NCBI GenBank assembly: GCA_038894195.1
Contig: JAWAPZ010000003.1
Coordinates: 1 to 61,095, forward strand
From: Candidatus Pacearchaeota archaeon
GTDB taxonomy: Archaea > Nanobdellota > Nanobdellia > Pacearchaeales > UBA284
Length of the DNA stretch: 61,095 nucleotides
Direction of reading: 5' to 3'
Shown here: piece by piece, positions 38,712 to 48,743 of the stretch
How positions within the stretch are numbered: the stretch's first letter is position 1
How the letters are laid out: every line of letters starts with the position of its first letter
The notes under the pieces: generated by a model
Databases searched by the model: none
The model's input: only the letters and a program-made list of their open reading frames with translations
Told to the model about the DNA's origin: nothing
Translations under genes and position numbers: made by a program

Positions 38712-41358
38712 GAAATTTGTTATTATGATAATTTTTTCAATTAGTATTATCTTACTTAGCTCTTTCCCTGTAGAAGCTTCAATCGCTCAGGGGACACCTT
38801 TTTTTAATCTAACTCAAATAAGTTACGGGCCTGGTCAGGTGATTGAAGGTTTTGTTAATTTTTCAATAACAAACCAAGTAAGTAATACAAAAGTTAGTAC
38901 AAGAATAAGTGGTGTAGGTATAAGAGAAAACAGAACAACAACGCTTCTTGATTTTTTAAAAAAAGCACAGGTTAGTTTTACATGCAATCCTGCTAGTTGC
39001 TTAACAAGTTATGCCACAAGTGGGCAAAATACTGAGAAAAATTTAGACATGCAAGAAGGGCAAGAAAGTTTAGTTGCTTTTAAGATACCTGCTGGTAGCA
39101 ACACCGAAATTCAAGATTTTAGTTTTAAAATTGCTGGCTCAGCTTCTGGAAGTTTTAGTTGCGAGGACAGTATAATAAAACTTGATTTGTTAGATGATGG
39201 CAGTATTGACTGGGAGTACGTGGCTTTTGCAGAAGAAAATAATTGCTCTGACTTTATTGGTGGTTGTTTTACAAACATAAACACACAGGACTTGAATCTT
39301 GATTCAACATTGAGATGCGAAAAAATTAAAATTGGTAAAACAGGTAAGGCTGACTTAGGAGTTTTTGTTAATCTTGACAACCCAGAAAATCAAGGAAACT
39401 TGCTATTATTACTTTATGATCCTCTTACGCAAAAACAATACAACTGCACTGTTGAAAGTGCTGGAAATGGTCCTAACTTTTGCACAATCAATTTTAATAA
39501 AAACAATTTTTTTATAAACAGTTCTCGAGACGTTTTTGTTTGTGTCAGAGCCATAAGTGGTGCTTATACAATAAAAGTTGAAACAGACATGCCATGTGGT
39601 TTTTTTGGCAATCCGCAAGAATGGCAAGGGGATTTTACATCTGATTATCCCTTGTATTTAAAATATTACGGATTCTCGTCAATGAATGAAGAATTTGTAT
39701 TCAGCAATGAAACCTTTACCCAAGGAAACTTAAAAGATTATTTGCAAGCCTACATCAATTCAAGATACTCTAAAAACTGTCAAGCGGGTTGTGTAATTCC
39801 TTTAAAATTTATTGCAAATGCAAACCAGACAATACAGGTGTCAGAACCTTTGTTGAACTACAATCATACTTTGGGTTCAGCCTCAAACAATTATTTTTAC
39901 AATGCTACAGCAAATTATGCTACAATTACAATGCCCCTATCCACTTTACAAATTAGTTTTCTTAATATCAGTGCTCCGTCCACACAAGGAACTTATACCT
40001 TTGATTTTCAAATTGCTACAATTTCAGCTTCGGCTCAATTCAGGGTAGAGGATGTCCCAATAATTCAGAACTTACAACCACTATCTGTTATTCCTGATAA
40101 AGCAACAACTTTCTATGTCACAGCTACAGCACCAGCTGGAAGACAAATTGTAAATTACACCTGGCAATGGGGTGATGGTTCTCAAGACATAACGACAACC
40201 GCAGAAGCAACACATACATATGCTGCAAGTGTGACTCCATATACTTTAACAATAACTGTCAAAGATACTGCTGGATTGCAAGGTTCTCGAAGTTTTGCAA
40301 TAACAAGTAATTTAACAAAAGAAACACTAAACAACACACTTCTTGCACTTAAAACAAGACTAAACAACATAACACAATCAATCGGTTTGCTAGAAAGCTG
40401 GTATTCCAGTATTGCTTACAGCTATATCAATTTAACTCAAATAAATTCAACTCTTAATTCTATTGAGCTACAACTACCAAATGCAAATGAAAATAGTTTC
40501 CAAACAATAAGAGACCAACTTCAGCAAATAGACTCAACCCTGCCTTTAGAAATAATAACAACTGAAAATTTAGAACCGGGTAGTTATTTCTCAAACCCGG
40601 AAATGATAGACCCTGGTTATGTTAAAGATCTTGGGGGAGGCAACTTCAATACTAGTGACCGTGAAAAACTTGCAAACAAGATAGCAGTATGGCAAGAAAA
40701 AAATCTTGATGTGAAAGTTGAAGGAAACATCAAAGCTTTCAAATACCAAGACCACTTAGAAGAATTCGTAACGATCTTAGAAATTTCTATAGACCCAGAA
40801 GAATACGAAGGGCAAGTCTATTTTGTTTTTGTTGCTCCTGAAAACATTAATCCTGAAAAAATTAAAAGTTCTGAAACTCTTGAAACGTTAGATGGTGCAC
40901 TTGGCAAATCCTTTGATCTTGGCTCTAGAAAAACAATAAAAATGGCGGTTCCAGGAAAAAAATCACTTTTTGAAATGAATTTTTTTATAGCGCCTCCACT
41001 AAGTGAGTTGCGTGAAACACTCTTAGATGACAGAAAAGGTGATAACAAATTACTCATTTTCCTTATAATAGTTATTATTATTGCTGTCGCTATAGGTCTT
41101 TTTCTAATATGGCACAAAACACCAAAAAGCCAGTTAGAAAACTTATTCAGAAATGAAGCTGACTTGGCTGGTTTGATTAATTTTATCATGATGGGTCTTG
41201 GAAGAGGCATGCAAAGAAAAGAAATTGAGAATCAGCTGATGAATTCTGGCTGGTCAAAGAAACAGATAGATTATGCTTTCAAACAACTAGGAAAACCAAC
41301 AAAACAAGAAACACAAAAATCTCCATACGATCTTGAGAGATATGGATATAAAGTTTAG
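38704..41358 (+). CDS. PKD-domain surface protein
   Basis: Signal peptide, YTWQWGDG..THTY, TM, cytoplasmic GW..QIDYAF tail. Confidence 0.8.
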   Translation: MNKKFVIMIIFSISIILLSSFPVEASIAQGTPFFNLTQISYGPGQVIEGFVNFSITNQVSNTKVSTRISGVGIRENRTTTLLDFLKKAQVSFTCNPASCLTSYATSGQNTEKNLDMQEGQESLVAFKIPAGSNTEIQDFSFKIAGSASGSFSCEDSIIKLDLLDDGSIDWEYVAFAEENNCSDFIGGCFTNINTQDLNLDSTLRCEKIKIGKTGKADLGVFVNLDNPENQGNLLLLLYDPLTQKQYNCTVESAGNGPNFCTINFNKNNFFINSSRDVFVCVRAISGAYTIKVETDMPCGFFGNPQEWQGDFTSDYPLYLKYYGFSSMNEEFVFSNETFTQGNLKDYLQAYINSRYSKNCQAGCVIPLKFIANANQTIQVSEPLLNYNHTLGSASNNYFYNATANYATITMPLSTLQISFLNISAPSTQGTYTFDFQIATISASAQFRVEDVPIIQNLQPLSVIPDKATTFYVTATAPAGRQIVNYTWQWGDGSQDITTTAEATHTYAASVTPYTLTITVKDTAGLQGSRSFAITSNLTKETLNNTLLALKTRLNNITQSIGLLESWYSSIAYSYINLTQINSTLNSIELQLPNANENSFQTIRDQLQQIDSTLPLEIITTENLEPGSYFSNPEMIDPGYVKDLGGGNFNTSDREKLANKIAVWQEKNLDVKVEGNIKAFKYQDHLEEFVTILEISIDPEEYEGQVYFVFVAPENINPEKIKSSETLETLDGALGKSFDLGSRKTIKMAVPGKKSLFEMNFFIAPPLSELRETLLDDRKGDNKLLIFLIIVIIIAVAIGLFLIWHKTPKSQLENLFRNEADLAGLINFIMMGLGRGMQRKEIENQLMNSGWSKKQIDYAFKQLGKPTKQETQKSPYDLERYGYKV

Positions 41359-41405
41359 AAAAATAGTATAGCAAAGCTTATATATATTAGTCAAGTTTTA
41401 AAAAA

Positions 41406-42050
41406 ATGGTGATAAAAGTAATTCCAAATCTAATAAAAAGAATATTCTATAACTTATTTAGAACAAGAAGGAAAGTCAAACTTGGTTTTTACGGCCCACC
41501 AAACAGTGGCAAGACAACTCTTGCAAATAGGATCTGTAAAGATTGGACAGGCGAAGAGCTAGGAAAAGTAAGCAAGGTACCGCACGAAACACGAGAAGTT
41601 CAATTTAAAGAGGAAGTCATAGTTAAAAAAGACAATAAAGAAATTAATTTCAAACTTATAGATACGCCAGGTATAGCTACTAAAATAGACTATGAGGACT
41701 TTCTGAGTTATGGTCTAAATGTCAAAGAAGCAAAGAAACGCGCAAGGGAAGCAACAAGAGGCGTGATCGAAGCGATAAAGTGGCTTGATGACATGGACGC
41801 TGTTGTGGTTGTCCTAGATGCAACAAAGAATCCTTATACGCAAGTCAACATAACTATAGTTGGCAATCTGGTAGCAAGAAAAATTCCTGTGCTTATCGTC
41901 GCAAACAAAATCGACCTTCGAGGAGCCAATGTCAAAAAAGTAGAGGCAGCTTTCCCAGAGTACGATGTTGTCGGGATGTCGGCTAAATTCGGCAAAAACA
42001 TAGAAGAATTTTATGAATCTTTATTTAATCTTGTAAAAAAAACAAAATGA
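41406..42050 (+). CDS. oapA: Era-like GTPase OapA
   Basis: GPPNSGKTT, DTPG, NKID; synteny with DUF2073 and DUF2072 genes. Confidence 0.85.
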   Translation: MVIKVIPNLIKRIFYNLFRTRRKVKLGFYGPPNSGKTTLANRICKDWTGEELGKVSKVPHETREVQFKEEVIVKKDNKEINFKLIDTPGIATKIDYEDFLSYGLNVKEAKKRAREATRGVIEAIKWLDDMDAVVVVLDATKNPYTQVNITIVGNLVARKIPVLIVANKIDLRGANVKKVEAAFPEYDVVGMSAKFGKNIEEFYESLFNLVKKTK

Positions 42051-42559
42051 AACTCGCAATCACCTTTGTTTTTCTGGCATTTTTTTTAGTCTTATCTATG
42101 TATTCGTCGAACGCGGCAATTGGTCCAGAAGAAATGGAAAATTTAATCAACAATGCAGAAGAACATCTCATTGGAGAAGTAATAAAAATTACAGACTTGC
42201 AGGATCATCACGAGTGCTCGGATGATAAATATGCTGAAATTAAAATTATCGAGGTGATAAAAACAAACAATAATCTAAATGTTGGACAAACAATAAAAAT
42301 TGGTTATGAAGATACTCGAGGAATTTTTTGTACCAGGGCAGTTCCAACAGTTAAACTCTATAAAGGAGATAAAATAAACTTCCATGCTAATAAAATAAAA
42401 GAATTAGAAATACAAAAGATTTATCCTGAAGCAGATTACACTTTTGCGGCTGGTGGATATAAGTTAAAAATTTTAGAAAGAAAAAATAATATAGAATATT
42501 TTTTTACTCCATTTAAAATAATAGAACAATTTTTCAAAATTTTGTTTAGAGCAAAATGA
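42047..42559 (+). CDS. Secreted hypothetical protein inserted in the oap operon
   Basis: Signal peptide; overlaps both neighbours by 4 nt. Confidence 0.7.
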   Translation: MKLAITFVFLAFFLVLSMYSSNAAIGPEEMENLINNAEEHLIGEVIKITDLQDHHECSDDKYAEIKIIEVIKTNNNLNVGQTIKIGYEDTRGIFCTRAVPTVKLYKGDKINFHANKIKELEIQKIYPEADYTFAAGGYKLKILERKNNIEYFFTPFKIIEQFFKILFRAK

Positions 42560-42927
42560 AACTCGCATTGCAATTCATTCCATATGCAGAAATTGCTTAC
42601 CTCAGCAGTTACCAGCGTGTGAAAAAATTGATCGATAGTGTTGGTGACGATAAGATACTACTTATACAAGGCAAACTAGCACCTGAAGAAGAAGCAGATT
42701 TGATACAAGAAGCTATGCGCAAAATAAGAAAATCCACACGGTTTAAAGGCATCGAACTCGCAACTTTCGCTCCAAAAGCAAAAAATCTCGGTTTCTTTAG
42801 AAGTTTCAGAGAAAGAATAGCTACAGCAATACTTGGAGAGAGGGATATTTTCACTGTTGTCGGACCAGCAGCGATAGTAAAAGAAATTAAAAAAGATCCA
42901 ACAAAAATGGAATTGTTCTTAAGATAA
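42556..42927 (+). CDS. oapB: DUF2073 protein OapB
   Basis: RVKKLI..ILLIQGKLAPEEEADLI..GIE..TVVGPA. Confidence 0.82.
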   Translation: MKLALQFIPYAEIAYLSSYQRVKKLIDSVGDDKILLIQGKLAPEEEADLIQEAMRKIRKSTRFKGIELATFAPKAKNLGFFRSFRERIATAILGERDIFTVVGPAAIVKEIKKDPTKMELFLR

Positions 42928-42989
42928 GAAATTTAGTTCTTTAATTGCACTACAAAAATATTTATATACGTAATACCTTATTTTAAAAG

Positions 42990-43472
42990 ATGGCACACAG
43001 ATGTGTTAGATGTGGTAAAATATACCCTAGTACTGCGCAAGAAATTCTAAAGGGATGCCCATGTGGTTCACACTATTTTTTCTTCTTTCGCGAAGATGAT
43101 CTAAGTCTAAAAGAAGAAACCGCAAGATTAACTCCAAAAGAACGAGAAGAAATTGTAAAAGATGTAAAAACTTTAATTGGACCTGATGTTGAAAAGCCAA
43201 TAATCTTAAATCTTGAATCAATTCGTGTTAGAAAGCCAGGCAAATTTGAGCTAGACCTCGTGAATATTTTAAAACGAAAACCAATAATTTACAAACTAGA
43301 AGAGGGCAAATATATTATAGATATCGCATCAACATTTCAAATGCGTAAAAAACTCTCTGAAGTTGAAGCCGAGATTGAGGCAGAATTGGGGGAGCCAGAA
43401 CCAGAATCACCAGAACCGCCAATAGAGCCTCCGGAACCTCCAGAAGCTAAAGAAGAAAAATCAGAGAATTAA
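42990..43472 (+). CDS. oapC: Zn-ribbon protein OapC (DUF2072)
   Basis: HRCVRCG..ILKGCPCG..F; ESIRVRKPGKFELD. Confidence 0.85.
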   Translation: MAHRCVRCGKIYPSTAQEILKGCPCGSHYFFFFREDDLSLKEETARLTPKEREEIVKDVKTLIGPDVEKPIILNLESIRVRKPGKFELDLVNILKRKPIIYKLEEGKYIIDIASTFQMRKKLSEVEAEIEAELGEPEPESPEPPIEPPEPPEAKEEKSEN

Positions 43473-43476
43473 AGAA

Positions 43477-44190
43477 CTAACCCATATAAGTTAAATCTTT
43501 TTTTTGCTTCTCACTTTTTACAGTAGTCATCTGTGATAAGATGTTCTTTAACTTGTTTTCAAATTCTTTCGCTTTTTCGAGTAATGGTCTATAATCAACT
43601 TTCAATCCAAGATACATATCTAAGACTTTAATTAATTTAGCTGCCCCCGCATTGTCTGGTAATTTTGAATGAGTTTCAACAAAAAAACATGATAAAGGCA
43701 AATCAGTTTTCATCAATAAAGCACCTGTAACTCCTATTATTATCCCTTCCTCTAAAGGTGGAATTTTTAATTGTTGTGAAAATTTTTTCTTTCCTTTAGC
43801 TCTAGAAAAGAAAAAAACCTTAGATTCCTTTAATTCTAAAGGTGAGGAAACCCCTTCCAAACTTATTATTTCTTTAGCTTTAATTTTTTTGGCAAGATCT
43901 GAAATTGTTTCAGCAATCTCCCATTCTAGCCCATCCACCGGAACAAGAGCTTGAACAATAACGAGGTTCTGTTTCTTAGCATAAAAAATTTGCAGTGGAT
44001 TTAAAACTTCGTTTTTATGTATAGCAGCTACTGGTTCTAATTTTGTGCTAATAATTTTTCCTATAGGCTTTGCGTCTAAGTGCTTTATCAAGAATTCAGT
44101 GGCTATTGTTGAAACAAACCCAAATCCAGGAAATCCTTCGATTATTGTAGATTTTTCAGCGGGTTTCTCTTCTAACTCTATTTGTAACAT
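43477..44190 (-). CDS. PAC2-family proteasome assembly chaperone
   Basis: IIEGFPGFGFVSTIA, PDNAGAA. Confidence 0.9.
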   Translation of the reverse strand: MLQIELEEKPAEKSTIIEGFPGFGFVSTIATEFLIKHLDAKPIGKIISTKLEPVAAIHKNEVLNPLQIFYAKKQNLVIVQALVPVDGLEWEIAETISDLAKKIKAKEIISLEGVSSPLELKESKVFFFSRAKGKKKFSQQLKIPPLEEGIIIGVTGALLMKTDLPLSCFFVETHSKLPDNAGAAKLIKVLDMYLGLKVDYRPLLEKAKEFENKLKNILSQMTTVKSEKQKKDLTYMG

Positions 44191-44263
44191 AACTATCTCA
44201 AAGTTAGAAAGTATTTAAATTTAACGGGCATAGTTTTTTAAATTTCTCCTTCCTTCATAAAAT

Positions 44264-45922
44264 ATGTTTGAAGAAAAAATAAAAGCAAGGATTTCAGAAG
44301 CGACTGGAATGAAAAAAGATGAGATTTTTCTTGAAAAACCTAAAGAAAATTATGGAGATTACGCATTTCCATGCTTCAGTTTAGCAAAAAAACTAAAAAA
44401 AAATCCAATTGAAGTTGCAAAAGATTTGGCAAACAAAATAAAACCATCAAAAGAGATAGAAAAAGTTGTGGCACTCCATGGTTACTTGAATTTTTTTATT
44501 GACAAAGAAATAATGATCAAAAAAATTCTAAAAAAAGTTCTGGGAGAAGAAAAAAGAAAAAAGAAAAAAGACATAATTCTTGTAGAATCTCCAGGGCCAA
44601 ACACAAACAAGCCGCTACATGTCGGTCATCTAAGAAATTTATTTATAGGCGACTCTATTGCCAGGATATTTGAATTTCTTGGATATAGAGTAAAAAGGGT
44701 TGATATAATAAATAACAGAGGAATTCACATCTGCAAGTCAATGCTAGCTTATCAGAAATGGGGTAAAAATAGAAAGCCAGATAAAAAACCAGACCATTTT
44801 GTTGGCCAGTTTTATGTTTTATTTTCACAAAAAGCAAAAGAAAATCCAGAACTTGAAAAAGAAGCCCAAGAACTACTTAGAAAATGGGAACAACAAGATA
44901 AAAAAACATTAAAATTATGGAAAAAAATGAATTCTTGGGCTATGCAAGGAATTCAAAAAACTTATAGACTTTTGAATTTTAGACATGACAAACAATATTT
45001 TGAATCAGAAACTTACAAAAAAGGTAAAGAGATTGTATTGCAAGGGTTGAAAAAAGGAATTTTTAAGAAAAGTGATGATGGTTCGGTTTTTGTTGATCTT
45101 AAAGAACTAGGAAAAAAAGTTTTATTGAGGGGTGACGAAACTAGTATTTATATTACCCAAGATATTGGCCTTGCAAAGAAACGATACGAAGATTATAAAT
45201 TTAGTAAAATGTTTTATGTTGTTGCTTCTGAACAAGATTATCATTTTAAGTGCTTATTTAAAATTTTAAATTTGTTAGGTTATAAGTGGGCTAGGAATCT
45301 TGTACATTTAAGCTACGGTATGGTTAATCTACCTTCTGGAAAAATGAAATCAAGAGAGGGCACGGTAATTGATGCTGATGATCTTATTTCCGAGGTTCTT
45401 GAAGGTGCTAAAAAGGAATTAATCAAAAGGTACAAACTAAGCAAGCAAAAATTAAAAACTAGAAGCTTAGCCATTGCTATTGCTGCAATTAAATTTGCTT
45501 TGCTTAAAGTAGATATTAAAAAAAATATTTTATTTGACAAGAAAGAAGCTCTTGACTTTGAAGGTTTTTCTGGACCTTACTTACAATATAGCTATGCTCG
45601 TGCCTCGAGCATTTTAAAAAAAATTAAAAACAAGAAGAGTAAAAAAAATTTTAAGAATCTTAACGAATCAGAAATTAATCTTGTTAAAAAATTAAGCGAG
45701 TTTCCAAGCACTATAGAAAGAACAGCCAGAGAACTAAAACCAGATATTTTAGCAATTTATTCCTACGAACTAGCACAGCTATTTAGCAACTTTTACCATA
45801 CTTGTCCTGTTTCGCAAGCTAAAGAAGAACGAGGAAGAAGAATCTTGATAGTTCTTGCTTTTAAGAAAATAATGAAAAACTGTCTAAATCTTCTTGGTAT
45901 TGAAGCGATTGAGGAGATGTAA
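44264..45922 (+). CDS. argS: Arginyl-tRNA synthetase
   Basis: PNTNKPLHVGHLRN, MKSREG, GPYLQYSYAR, FYHTCPV. Confidence 0.97.
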   Translation: MFEEKIKARISEATGMKKDEIFLEKPKENYGDYAFPCFSLAKKLKKNPIEVAKDLANKIKPSKEIEKVVALHGYLNFFIDKEIMIKKILKKVLGEEKRKKKKDIILVESPGPNTNKPLHVGHLRNLFIGDSIARIFEFLGYRVKRVDIINNRGIHICKSMLAYQKWGKNRKPDKKPDHFVGQFYVLFSQKAKENPELEKEAQELLRKWEQQDKKTLKLWKKMNSWAMQGIQKTYRLLNFRHDKQYFESETYKKGKEIVLQGLKKGIFKKSDDGSVFVDLKELGKKVLLRGDETSIYITQDIGLAKKRYEDYKFSKMFYVVASEQDYHFKCLFKILNLLGYKWARNLVHLSYGMVNLPSGKMKSREGTVIDADDLISEVLEGAKKELIKRYKLSKQKLKTRSLAIAIAAIKFALLKVDIKKNILFDKKEALDFEGFSGPYLQYSYARASSILKKIKNKKSKKNFKNLNESEINLVKKLSEFPSTIERTARELKPDILAIYSYELAQLFSNFYHTCPVSQAKEERGRRILIVLAFKKIMKNCLNLLGIEAIEEM

Positions 45923-45994
45923 GTTAAGTTCTTTCTAGGTTCATTACTTTTCCAAAACATTAAAGTTTTTAAAATTGATTAGACTAAACTAAAA

Positions 45995-47290
45995 ATGAAT
46001 ATCTACCTTGAGACATATGGATGTTCGGCAAATCAAAACAACACAGAAATTATGGCTGGACTATTAGAGCAAGCAGGTCTAATCACAACAAACAACCCTG
46101 AAATTGCTGAAATTGCCTTGTTAAATACTTGTATTGTCAAAGGCCCGACTGAACAAAGAATGTGTTCTCGAATTAAAGAACTCTGTAAAACATTCTACAG
46201 ATTAATTGTGGCAGGTTGCATGGTTGATGTTGAAAAGGAAAAAATAAAAGAAATTGTTAAAACAAATAATAAAAACTGTAAGCTAGCTTTGATAAGTGTT
46301 CATAATATTACTAGAATTCTTGATGCCATCAAATCTCTTGCTAAAGGAAAAGAAACAGAGTTGATTCAAACTAATAAAGAAATAAAATTATGTATGCCTA
46401 AAAAAAGAAAAAATAAAATTATTGGAATAACACAGATCGCATCTGGCTGTCTAGGTTCTTGTTCTTACTGCTATGTCAAATTTGCTAAAGGAAATTTGGT
46501 TTCATCCCCTCCAGAACTTATTATTAAAAACATTGAACAAGATCTAAAGACTAATTGTAAAGAGATATGGATTACCAGCCAAGACAATGCTTGTTTCGGA
46601 CTTGACCAAGGCAAACAAGAACTTCCTGAATTAGTGAAAAAAATCCTCTCTTTGAAAGGTAAGTTTTTTTTGCGTTTAGGGATGATGAATCCTAATCATG
46701 TCCTACCGATACTTGATGAGCTAATGGAATGTTATAAAAATAAAAAGATGTTCAAGTTCCTGCACTTGCCCTTGCAATCCGGCTCTGATAAAATTTTAAA
46801 ATTAATGAATCGCAATTACAAAGTCAGTGACTTTTTAAAAATAATTGAAAAATTCAGAAAAGAAATTCCTGAGATAACTATCTCTACAGATGTGATAGCT
46901 GGATTCCCTGGAGAGAACGAAAAAGATTGGAAAAAAACATTAGCAGTTGTATCAAAAATTCAACCAGATATCCTAAACATATCAAAATTTTGGTCAATGC
47001 CGATGACTAAGGCAAAGAAAATGAAACAACTCGCAAGCGAGATTATAAAAAAAAGAGCAAAAGAACTGAGCTCTTTGCACAAAAAAATTGCACTTGAAAA
47101 AAACAAAAAACTTATCGATAAAAATTTTAAAGCACTTGTTGACGAAAAGGGCTTTAATAGTACATGGATCGCAAGAAACATAAATTACAAGCCAATAGTA
47201 TTTGTCTCTAAAAAAAATTTTTTAGGGAAAGTTATTGAACTTAAAACTATAAATGCAACTTCTGGGTACTTAATTGGAAAAATTCATTGA
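45995..47290 (+). CDS. mtaB: tRNA t6A methylthiotransferase (MtaB/MiaB family)
   Basis: TYGCSAN, NTC, CLGSCSYC, HLPLQSGS, TRAM domain. Confidence 0.9.
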   Translation: MNIYLETYGCSANQNNTEIMAGLLEQAGLITTNNPEIAEIALLNTCIVKGPTEQRMCSRIKELCKTFYRLIVAGCMVDVEKEKIKEIVKTNNKNCKLALISVHNITRILDAIKSLAKGKETELIQTNKEIKLCMPKKRKNKIIGITQIASGCLGSCSYCYVKFAKGNLVSSPPELIIKNIEQDLKTNCKEIWITSQDNACFGLDQGKQELPELVKKILSLKGKFFLRLGMMNPNHVLPILDELMECYKNKKMFKFLHLPLQSGSDKILKLMNRNYKVSDFLKIIEKFRKEIPEITISTDVIAGFPGENEKDWKKTLAVVSKIQPDILNISKFWSMPMTKAKKMKQLASEIIKKRAKELSSLHKKIALEKNKKLIDKNFKALVDEKGFNSTWIARNINYKPIVFVSKKNFLGKVIELKTINATSGYLIGKIH

Positions 47291-47722
47291 CTATTTGTAT
47301 CTTATCAAAATAAAAATAGAGAATGCAAGAAGAAAAATATTAACAAAGGCTGATGATATTAATGTTATTGGATGAAAAAACCCCTCTGGAGTGAAATAAA
47401 GATTAAACGAAAATAAGAATATAAATAAAAGGAGTGAAGCAAAATAAAATATCGGTGCTGTTAAAGCTAAATAAACTTTTAGTTTTATGAATTTGAATAT
47501 AACAATTATGCTTAAAACGAAAAAAGCTAATTCAAAAAGCGACAAGAAAAAAATCCATAAGGTTAAGCCAGAGGTTGGTCGAAGTAAGCTCATTCTACCG
47601 CTCACGAAGAATATATCAATTATTCCTAGAATAGTGCTAATTATAAGTAAAATAAAATAAGCTTTAAAAAATCTAGATTTTTTACCTTGTTTAGTTTCTT
47701 CCTTCTTTTTTGACATTCCCAT
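47291..47722 (-). CDS. Membrane hypothetical protein
   Basis: Four TM segments. Confidence 0.6.
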   Translation of the reverse strand: MGMSKKKEETKQGKKSRFFKAYFILLIISTILGIIDIFFVSGRMSLLRPTSGLTLWIFFLSLFELAFFVLSIIVIFKFIKLKVYLALTAPIFYFASLLLFIFLFSFNLYFTPEGFFHPITLISSAFVNIFLLAFSIFILIRYK

Positions 47723-47812
47723 AATTATCTTTGATTAAAATTTCAAATATTGATTTTACCAGGCCATATGAGTTTAAAAGTCAACTTTCAAGTTACCTCT
47801 TTTCCAACTAAG

Positions 47813-48631
47813 CTACTTAATTTTTAGTTTCTGTAAAGGTGTCATCTTGTTCCATGTTTCTTCAAAAACGCTGTCTAGTGCCTGCGTGAAAAAAGGACTG
47901 TTGATCCAGACAGCGGTATCATAGGTTGGATGTACCTCTTCGTCATTCAAAACCATAAGCATCGCCTCTTTCTTGTCGCTTAGTGTAAATCTTGCATTTA
48001 TCTTGCCACTCCTTACTTCTGCTATTTTACTCAACTCCTTAGCTATTTTATAGTTTTTTTCATTTATAGGAGCAGCTATTCTTATCTTGACACCCTTTTT
48101 TCTTGCTTTTTCTAAAGCTAATTTAAGTGCTTCAAACTTTCTGTTTAAACCATCTGCTGTTGTCACCATGACAAGTTCTTTGTTGGTATTTCTTATCATC
48201 ATATCTAGATGATTGTACAAGTTTGTTCTTCCTCTTAACGCACCACTCAATTCTGTCGGGTCTATATATCTAACTCCTTGCAAGAATAGAGAATTCAGTT
48301 CATTCATGATATCTGTCCCTTTTAACTCTTCTAATCTTTTTGCCATTTCTTGTGCCTCTCGCACCATATTCTTCTTAACCCTTTCAACAACCTCAGTTGG
48401 TTTAAAAGCAACGAACTTAATTGGTTTTCCAAGTTTCATCAATATAAATCCCTTCTTCTCTAGACTTTCTAGAATGTCATAAGTTCTAGATCTCGGAACA
48501 TTGGCTATATCACTTATTTCACCAGCTGTACTAACACCGCGAGAAAGTAATGCCGTCCACACCTTTACCTCGTATAGATTAAGCCCAAAAAGTTTTCGTA
48601 GCCTGCTCAAAGACTCTTCTTTTACAATCAT
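47813..48631 (-). CDS. TrmB-family regulator (TrmBL2-like)
   Basis: LNLYEVKVWTALL..VPRSRTYDILESLEKKG + effector domain. Confidence 0.9.
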   Translation of the reverse strand: MIVKEESLSRLRKLFGLNLYEVKVWTALLSRGVSTAGEISDIANVPRSRTYDILESLEKKGFILMKLGKPIKFVAFKPTEVVERVKKNMVREAQEMAKRLEELKGTDIMNELNSLFLQGVRYIDPTELSGALRGRTNLYNHLDMMIRNTNKELVMVTTADGLNRKFEALKLALEKARKKGVKIRIAAPINEKNYKIAKELSKIAEVRSGKINARFTLSDKKEAMLMVLNDEEVHPTYDTAVWINSPFFTQALDSVFEETWNKMTPLQKLKIK

Positions 48632-48680
48632 TTTTACAACTTCAATATAGTAAACTATTCTCTTTAAAGTAAAGGCGGTA

Positions 48681-48727
48681 TTTAAAGCTTTCGTTTATTT
48701 TTCGGTTTTAGGTTTAAGTATATCGAC
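48681..48727 (-). repeat. 47-bp diverged direct repeat, copy A (contains trmB promoter)
   Basis: 35/47 identical, ungapped, to 51879-51925. Confidence 0.7.
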
Positions 48728-48743
48728 GAGAAAACGACAAAAA

